Assembly: GCA_023229245.1 (NCBI GenBank) | Contig: JALNZU010000004.1 | Location: forward strand, 11,411 to 75,410 | Length of the DNA stretch: 64,000 nt | Direction of reading: 5' to 3' | From: Bacteroidales bacterium | GTDB taxonomy: Bacteria; Bacteroidota; Bacteroidia; Bacteroidales; F082 | Shown: piece by piece, positions 57,929 through 64,000 of the stretch | Position numbering within the stretch: the first letter of the stretch is position 1 | Layout: the number at the start of each line of letters is the position of its first letter | Translations under genes and position numbers: made by a program | Notes under the pieces: model-generated | What the model was told of the DNA's origin: nothing | Seen by the model: the letters and a program-made list of their open reading frames with translations, nothing else | The model's database searches: none

Positions 57929-60793
57929 ATGCTGCTGATCTTAAGAATGAGGACGAGGGCACATCAAAGTATCGGAAATATTTTAACTTTCTTAGCGCTG
58001 ATATGTCTGTTGGCTTTTTCAGCTCCTGCACAGGAAATTGTTGTACGGCCAACTTCACCCGAAATGACTGATACTATCACTGTTTCCTATGATGCTGCAC
58101 AGGGCAACCGTGCTTTAGCTGATTATGATGGAGCAGTATATTTTCATGCCGGTCTTATCACTACGCTAAGTCTTGACGGGCATGACTGGAAAAATACTGT
58201 AGGTCAATGGGGAACCGCAGACGCCAGAGTACGTATGCAAAAAGCTGCCGACAATCTGTATGTTGCCAGTTTTGTCCCGGATCAGCTGTTTCAAATAGCT
58301 GAAGGCACTCAGGTTCAGCAGCTAGCTTTCGTCTTTCGAAACGAAGATGGAACCAAGGTGGGAAAAACAGCCTCAGAAGAAGATATTTTTATTCCTGTGG
58401 CTGGCTATCAGCCTCCTGTTGCACAAACTAAGGTGGATCTTTTCGACCATCTACTTTTTCAAGGGATAGAAGAGCATGAATCTTTTCTGTTGCTACAAAC
58501 TGATCATGGTGACATAACCTTCAGACCTTTTAGCGATAGTATCATTGAGACTTGTTGGCATCCTACCGGTTTTACCGGTTTTGAAGTGTCACATGCTGTA
58601 GCAATGTCTCCTGATCCGGTGAAGACCTTTCTTGCAGAAGCCGAAAATCAGTTGATCTACGATTTACCCGGTATTCAAGTCCTGATACAAAAGCAACCTT
58701 TTCATATCAGCTATATCAATAACGGAAAAACCATACTAAGTGAGGAAAAAGGTTTTTTTGCCAGGCATGATGCTTCGGGTATGCGCTTCAGATTAGAACA
58801 GGATGAGAAGCTGTATGGGAGTGGCGGCAGAGCCGGCGGACTAAACCAGCGTGGCAAAAAGCTTCAATTGTATAACCGGCCTCAATACGGATATGAAATC
58901 GGGGCTGATAATCTGAATTACCAGATCCCATTATTGGTATCGGATAAAAAATATATATTACTGATTGACAATCCGCATAAAGCCTGGCTTGATGTGGGCA
59001 GCAAAGAGGATAATATATTGGAGTTCAATGCCCAGGGAGGTCCTATGCGCTATTTTCTGATTAGCGGGAACAGGTATACCGCTATTTTAGAACAGTACAG
59101 CCGATTGACTGGTAAGCAACCCATGCTTCCCCGTTGGGCTTTTGGCAACCTGCAATCGCGCATGGCATACAGAAATCAGGATGAGACCGTTCGAATAGTG
59201 GATCAAATGATAGCAGGCGACTTTCCTATAGATGCCGTCATTATTGACTTCTACTGGTTTGGCGATAGTATCTTAGGCCATTTGGGACGGTTTGACTGGT
59301 GGCATCAGGCATGGCCCGATCCCGGGAAAATGATTGCCGACTTCAAGGCTAAAGGCATACAAACCATCACTATATCGGAGCCTTATATCATAGATAGCCT
59401 ACACAACTGGCGTATAGCTGATTCGTTGGGAATATTGGTAATCGATTCGGCCGGGAAATCCTATATTGATACGCATTTTTATTTTGGTCATGGCAGCCTG
59501 ATAGATATTTTCAAGCCTGAAGCCCGCTCATGGCTTTGGAGTCAATACCGTAAGCAGTTCGATATTGGAGTAGAAGGTCTTTGGGGCGATCTGGGTGAGC
59601 CGGAAAGCCACCCTTCTGATATTATTCATAGCTGGGGAAAAGCCGATGCGGTGCATAATATTTACGGGCATTACTGGACAAAAGCTGTGTATGAGAATTT
59701 TAGAAAAGAGTTTCCCGATAAACGCTTGTTCTTTTTAGCACGCAGCGGATTTGCCGGCACTCAACGTTATGGGATAGTACCGTGGAGCGGTGATGTAAGT
59801 CGTAGTTGGGGTGGCTTGCAGGCACAATTGCCGGCTATGCTTAATATGAGCCTTTCGGGTGTGCCTTATATGCATTCCGATGCTGGAGGTTTTGCCATGG
59901 GCGTGAAAGACGAGGAGCTTTACACCAGATGGCTACAGTTTGCCGTCTTTACTCCTGTGCTGCGCCCTCATGGCTCGGGCATACCCTCGGAACCGGTGTT
60001 TTTTAATGATACCACCCAAAAGATCGTAAGGCGTTTTATGAAGCTGCGATACGAACTTTTGCCTTATTTATATACCGCTAGCTGGAACAACAGCATAAGT
60101 GGAAGACCTATAGTGGCTCCTGTTTTTTTCTATCATCCGGATGACGAACGCTTTGCAAGCAGCTTTGAAAGCTTTTATTTCGGACCTGATATATTAGTTG
60201 CTCCGGTTACGCATGCAGGCAGCCGACTGATGAATATTGAACTGCCAAAAGGCTTGTGGTATCACTTCTGGTCTGGTAATAAGGTCGTGGGAGGCAGGCA
60301 GATACAGTTACAGCTCTCGTTGGAAACTATTCCGGTGTTTGTGAGAGAGGCAAGCATCATCCCTAAAGTGAAGGCTGTGAATACGACCGCTCAGTACAGC
60401 TCCCGATATCTTGAACTGCATACTTATCTGCCGGGATATGATGGTGAGTTTTCCGGACAGATGTATGAAGACGACGGACAGCTGTTTGACAGCTACGGTA
60501 AAGGAGCTTACGAGCTGATACAGATAAATGGAAAATTGGAAAATGGAAGCCTGAGCTTGCAACTCAGCCGAAGCGGAAAAGGATATGCAGCTATGCCCGA
60601 AGCCAGAATGGTCGAATTTGTGCTCTATGGGTTAGAGAAAAATTTACGTCAGTTGGCACATGACGATAAAGCCATGGAAATCACCAAGGCAGCGCCTCCC
60701 AAAAATGAACCCGGTGTATGGAAAGACCAGGAAGGAAGATGGCGTATCCGTGTCGTATGGTACGGTCAGACAAGTGAAATACAAGCCCGATAA
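57929..60793 (+). CDS. GH31 alpha-glucosidase/transglucosidase with an extra N-terminal putative carbohydrate-binding module
   Basis: 954 aa with a signal peptide. GH31 core: IDAVIIDFYWFGD, GVEGLWGDLGEPE (candidate nucleophile region), YMHSDAGGF, RWLQFAVFTPVLRPHG. The start could alternatively be the ATG at 57947. Confidence 0.85.
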   Translation: MLLILRMRTRAHQSIGNILTFLALICLLAFSAPAQEIVVRPTSPEMTDTITVSYDAAQGNRALADYDGAVYFHAGLITTLSLDGHDWKNTVGQWGTADARVRMQKAADNLYVASFVPDQLFQIAEGTQVQQLAFVFRNEDGTKVGKTASEEDIFIPVAGYQPPVAQTKVDLFDHLLFQGIEEHESFLLLQTDHGDITFRPFSDSIIETCWHPTGFTGFEVSHAVAMSPDPVKTFLAEAENQLIYDLPGIQVLIQKQPFHISYINNGKTILSEEKGFFARHDASGMRFRLEQDEKLYGSGGRAGGLNQRGKKLQLYNRPQYGYEIGADNLNYQIPLLVSDKKYILLIDNPHKAWLDVGSKEDNILEFNAQGGPMRYFLISGNRYTAILEQYSRLTGKQPMLPRWAFGNLQSRMAYRNQDETVRIVDQMIAGDFPIDAVIIDFYWFGDSILGHLGRFDWWHQAWPDPGKMIADFKAKGIQTITISEPYIIDSLHNWRIADSLGILVIDSAGKSYIDTHFYFGHGSLIDIFKPEARSWLWSQYRKQFDIGVEGLWGDLGEPESHPSDIIHSWGKADAVHNIYGHYWTKAVYENFRKEFPDKRLFFLARSGFAGTQRYGIVPWSGDVSRSWGGLQAQLPAMLNMSLSGVPYMHSDAGGFAMGVKDEELYTRWLQFAVFTPVLRPHGSGIPSEPVFFNDTTQKIVRRFMKLRYELLPYLYTASWNNSISGRPIVAPVFFYHPDDERFASSFESFYFGPDILVAPVTHAGSRLMNIELPKGLWYHFWSGNKVVGGRQIQLQLSLETIPVFVREASIIPKVKAVNTTAQYSSRYLELHTYLPGYDGEFSGQMYEDDGQLFDSYGKGAYELIQINGKLENGSLSLQLSRSGKGYAAMPEARMVEFVLYGLEKNLRQLAHDDKAMEITKAAPPKNEPGVWKDQEGRWRIRVVWYGQTSEIQAR

Positions 60794-60816
60794 TACAATA
60801 ATCAAAATCCTTAATA

Positions 60817-62205
60817 ATGAAAAAAACTGTTCTTCAATTACTAAGTGTCTCAGCAATATGGATGATCATGCTGGGACTTTTTTCGTGTGCAGGCAATGCC
60901 AAGCAGGAGCAACAGACTAATCTGAAACCTTATTCAGAGGTTGTTACTCCGGTATGGGCTAAAAATGCTGTTATTTATGAAGTGAATATACGTCAATATA
61001 CTCCCGAAGGCAGCTTTGATGCATTTGCAAGGCATCTGCCACGACTGAAAGAACTTGGAGTAGATATCCTATGGTTGATGCCTATACATCCGATCGGGCA
61101 GCTAAACCGCAAAGGTAGCCTTGGAAGCTATTATTCGGTAAAAGATTATAAAGCGATCAACCCGGAATTTGGGAGCATAGATGATTTTAAAAGTTTAGTC
61201 AATCAGGCGCATGAGTCAGGTTTTAAAGTGATCATTGATTGGGTGGCCAATCATACTGCATTCGATCACGAGTGGACACAACAGCATCCCGAGTGGTATT
61301 ATAAAGACGAACATGGTAAGTTGGTCTCGCCTTACGATTGGACTGATGTGGCTCATCTCGACTACGAGCAGCATCCCGATTTATGGGACGCCATGATAGA
61401 TGCCATGAAATACTGGGTCATTGAGACTAATATAGATGGGTATCGTTGTGATGTGGCCGGTATGGTGCCTACTGCTTTTTGGGAGCGTGCCCGCCTGGAA
61501 TTGGATGCCTTAAAGCCTGTCTTTATGCTGGCCGAAGATGAAGCACAGCGCAATCTGACGCAAAAGGCTTTCGATGCTAATTATGGATGGGAGTTCCATC
61601 ATCTGATGAATCGTATGGCAAAAGGTGAGAAAAATCCGAGCGATGTATGGGATTATTTTGCCCGGCAGGATACCCTCTTTGCACCTTCCACATATAGAAT
61701 GATGTTTACTTCTAATCACGATGAAAATTCATGGAATGGAACAGTGTTTGAACGATTAGATCAGGGTGCACCGGCTTTTGCAGTGATGAGCTATACAGTG
61801 CCGGGATTTCCCCTTATTTATAACGGTCAGGAAGTAGCTCTGAACCATAGGCTACAGTTTTTTGAGAAAGATGAAATCAACTGGGATACAGCAACGATAT
61901 ACACTGACTTTTATACTCAGCTCAATCAAATAAAAAAATCTAACGAAAGCCTGTGGAATGCTGATTCAGGTGGTGCTATGATAGCCGTTGAGACCGATAA
62001 GCCAGAAGCAGTACTCTCCTTTATCAGGCAAAAAAATGATAACGAAGTACTTGTGTTTATCAATTGTACAGCTATCGAACAAGATGTTCAGGTGAAAGAT
62101 GAACATCTTTATAAAAGTTATATCGATTTGTTCACCAATGATACAACTCACCTGCAGGCAGCGCCCTTTAAGATGGGAGCATGGAGCTTTAAGTTATTGA
62201 GATAG
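60817..62205 (+). CDS. GH13 alpha-amylase, lipoprotein
   Basis: 462 aa. Lipobox LFSCAG. GH13 regions DWVANHTAFDH, IDGYRCDVAGM, FMLAEDE and FTSNHDENS. Confidence 0.85.
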   Translation: MKKTVLQLLSVSAIWMIMLGLFSCAGNAKQEQQTNLKPYSEVVTPVWAKNAVIYEVNIRQYTPEGSFDAFARHLPRLKELGVDILWLMPIHPIGQLNRKGSLGSYYSVKDYKAINPEFGSIDDFKSLVNQAHESGFKVIIDWVANHTAFDHEWTQQHPEWYYKDEHGKLVSPYDWTDVAHLDYEQHPDLWDAMIDAMKYWVIETNIDGYRCDVAGMVPTAFWERARLELDALKPVFMLAEDEAQRNLTQKAFDANYGWEFHHLMNRMAKGEKNPSDVWDYFARQDTLFAPSTYRMMFTSNHDENSWNGTVFERLDQGAPAFAVMSYTVPGFPLIYNGQEVALNHRLQFFEKDEINWDTATIYTDFYTQLNQIKKSNESLWNADSGGAMIAVETDKPEAVLSFIRQKNDNEVLVFINCTAIEQDVQVKDEHLYKSYIDLFTNDTTHLQAAPFKMGAWSFKLLR

Positions 62206-62254
62206 AACTGTATGTGCTATTATAGCTATATATGTACGAAAGACAACAATCTTA

Positions 62255-64000
62255 TTATTTGTCTTTATCGGAAGATGATTTCTTCCAGGAAAGACCGATG
62301 AACTCGTTAAATAGCACTTGCAGATAAGCTTTTCCTTCTTTGAGTACCTGCTCTTCCTTACCGCCTTGTATTTCTTTTTGGTAATATCTGTCGGCAAAGC
62401 AGTTCCATGCAAAGTGACCATCGGCGTTTTTCCAACCTAATCCTTCTATCAGCTCGAAATAGGCAAATTGGGGTGTATAAGGATTGAATAAGTTTTTGCT
62501 CCAAAAATAATTGTCAGAAGTTAATCCTAACTGATGGAGTAGGGTAGCTGGTAAATCAGTGTTACCCGAAATAATATCCATTTGCTTGTTGCGAAATTCG
62601 GGCTTCAATGCCGGACCTACCAACAATAATGGTATTTTATGATATTCAAAACTCTCAAGAGGGTGGTTTTTATATGAGTTTTTGCTGTGATCGGCTACTA
62701 AAATGAACAGGGTATGCTCGTACCAATCCGTTGTTTTTACTGCTTCAAAAAAAGTTCCTATAGCCATATCTGTATAATATGCACCGTTGACATAAGGCTT
62801 TTCAATTTCAGGCCAATGAATGACCCATTCCATTGGGAAGTCGTAAGGCGAGTGGGAGCTAAGGGTAAATATAGTGCTAAAGAAAGGTTCTGGTAGTTCG
62901 GAAAGCTGATCGGCAGCCCATGGCAGGAAAATCCCGTCGTGCACTCCAAGCTTGCCGCGTGGCATGCTGCCAGGCAAGTCTTTCCCTTCAATGATATGAT
63001 CTAATTCGTTGTATATCAGGTATGAAAGTATATTCCCGTAATTTAACTGTCCGCCGAAGTAGAAAGAAGTGTGATAACTGGCTTTGTTCAGGTCTTTACT
63101 AAGCGATGGCAAAGCAGCATACTTTTCAGGATGATTGGTGATGGTAGTGATCGGTATGCCGGGTAACCCAGCGTAAAGCGATCCTATGGCCTGCTGCGAA
63201 CGGTTGCCACTGGCATAAAAACGGGTGAAAAGCAACCCTTCCTTTTCTAATTCACGAAAATTTGGTGTGATACCTTCAACACCTCCAAGACTCTCAATCA
63301 GATCAGCCGACCAACTCTCAAGCAATAACACCACTATATTAGGACGATCAGTAGTAAGAACCGAAACCGTGGTATCTTTTTTCAGCTGATGAAGGGCTTG
63401 AACTAACTCGATTGCTTCATCCTCCGGCATGGATTGAAAAACATTCTCTTTCAACATATTTTGCGAGTTGAGCACACTGAAGACAATGTTGTAGAATGGA
63501 TTGACAGCCACTAAATTAACTATCTGATGCTTACTGAAATATGCCGAACTGATACTGATAGGGATAGCTTGTATGCCGCCTCTTGCCCCTAAAAACAGTA
63601 ATGGCACACCAAGAAAGAACAGCAACAAGCCAGGCCAAAAGGAAGTAGCTCTTTGAGATATCCTATAAAAGAAAAAACGATTATATATCTTAAAACTTCC
63701 CCAAGTGATCAATGCCAGGAGCAGCAAAAGCAGAAATAACATGAAGGGGTGTACGGTTTGAACAATCTCCGATGGTTGACGAAGATACGCAAGTGCCTTA
63801 TAGGATAGCTTAGTTTTCCATTCGCCATAAATACCGATCTCGGCTAAGGCTGTCAGACTATATACTAGAATCAATACTAAAACATAAACCTGTATGATTT
63901 TTTGAAAAACGGTATAAGGCAAATGCCTCCAGACAAGCAACAATAGGAATGGGATCAGGGTGAAATAACAAGTAGTGGCTAAATCTAAAGGTAAAGCTGC
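62255..64000 (-). CDS. LTA synthase-family / sulfatase-domain membrane protein (5' end lies right of the window)
   Basis: The frame stays open from 63943 to nt 64000, and the ORF-track start is a TTG, so the N-terminus is probably truncated by the window edge. N-terminal TM helices then an alkaline-phosphatase-superfamily domain (NIVVLLLESWSADL, ADHS). Confidence 0.75.
   Translation of the reverse strand, partial: AALPLDLATTCYFTLIPFLLLLVWRHLPYTVFQKIIQVYVLVLILVYSLTALAEIGIYGEWKTKLSYKALAYLRQPSEIVQTVHPFMLFLLLLLLALITWGSFKIYNRFFFYRISQRATSFWPGLLLFFLGVPLLFLGARGGIQAIPISISSAYFSKHQIVNLVAVNPFYNIVFSVLNSQNMLKENVFQSMPEDEAIELVQALHQLKKDTTVSVLTTDRPNIVVLLLESWSADLIESLGGVEGITPNFRELEKEGLLFTRFYASGNRSQQAIGSLYAGLPGIPITTITNHPEKYAALPSLSKDLNKASYHTSFYFGGQLNYGNILSYLIYNELDHIIEGKDLPGSMPRGKLGVHDGIFLPWAADQLSELPEPFFSTIFTLSSHSPYDFPMEWVIHWPEIEKPYVNGAYYTDMAIGTFFEAVKTTDWYEHTLFILVADHSKNSYKNHPLESFEYHKIPLLLVGPALKPEFRNKQMDIISGNTDLPATLLHQLGLTSDNYFWSKNLFNPYTPQFAYFELIEGLGWKNADGHFAWNCFADRYYQKEIQGGKEEQVLKEGKAYLQVLFNEFIGLSWKKSSSDKDK

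Noticed and set aside
1-64000. Scan for tRNA, rRNA, tmRNA, RNase P or SRP RNA signatures, CRISPR repeats, transposases, integrases, toxin-antitoxin pairs and defence-system-like gene sets.
   Set aside because: None recognised. All intergenic regions are under 375 nt and lack cloverleaf-like or conserved ncRNA motifs (for example GAGGAAAGTCC or GGAAGCAGC). Gene content is housekeeping or metabolic, so I do not claim a mobile or defence island.

Overview
This looks like a core chromosomal segment of a Bacteroidota genome. The evidence is a 286-aa primary sigma factor, recurrent TAnnTTTG -7 boxes, a GT3 glycogen synthase, GH57/GH13/GH31 glucan genes and an LptF/G permease. I count about 50 genes. 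I saw no tRNA, rRNA, CRISPR array, transposase, integrase or phage genes.

Contents from left to right:
- 3' part of dnaE.
- Glycogen locus: GDE-like enzyme, GT4/5 transferase, GH57 with an odd C-terminal tail, and a 1408-aa GT3 synthase::GT35 phosphorylase fusion.
- pepD, rpe, rpoD, pnp, rpsO, idi, two envelope proteins, lplA and a YdiJ-like FAD/Fe-S oxidoreductase.
- A co-directional redox block at 24.3-33.7 kb: an Rrf2 regulator, a DUF438/hemerythrin/PAS protein, an FNR-like reductase, two AhpD-like proteins, pncB and pncA. It ends in a Sco-flanked two-subunit heme-copper oxidase.
- gcvT, glsA, purL, bfr, a TrmH-family methyltransferase, rpsF-rpsR-rplI, hutH, hisS, ettA, two glycosyltransferases and an LptF/G permease.
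- An NlpE_N-META protein, a GH13-GH31-GH13 alpha-glucan cluster, and a 5'-truncated LtaS-like gene.

Most noteworthy is the heme-copper oxidase. Its catalytic subunit aligns to B-family (ba3-like) oxidases but has Asn where the His-Tyr cross-link tyrosine should be. The gene order echoes the norSY-senC type cluster, so a nitric-oxide-reductase-type enzyme is plausible.

Secondary points are the synthase/phosphorylase fusion, a FliG_C-like domain on the GH57 enzyme, and a 26-bp palindrome upstream of the Rrf2 operon.

Everything rests on reading the sequence and recalled family motifs. No searches were run. Several ORF-track N-termini look over-extended, and I give revised starts.
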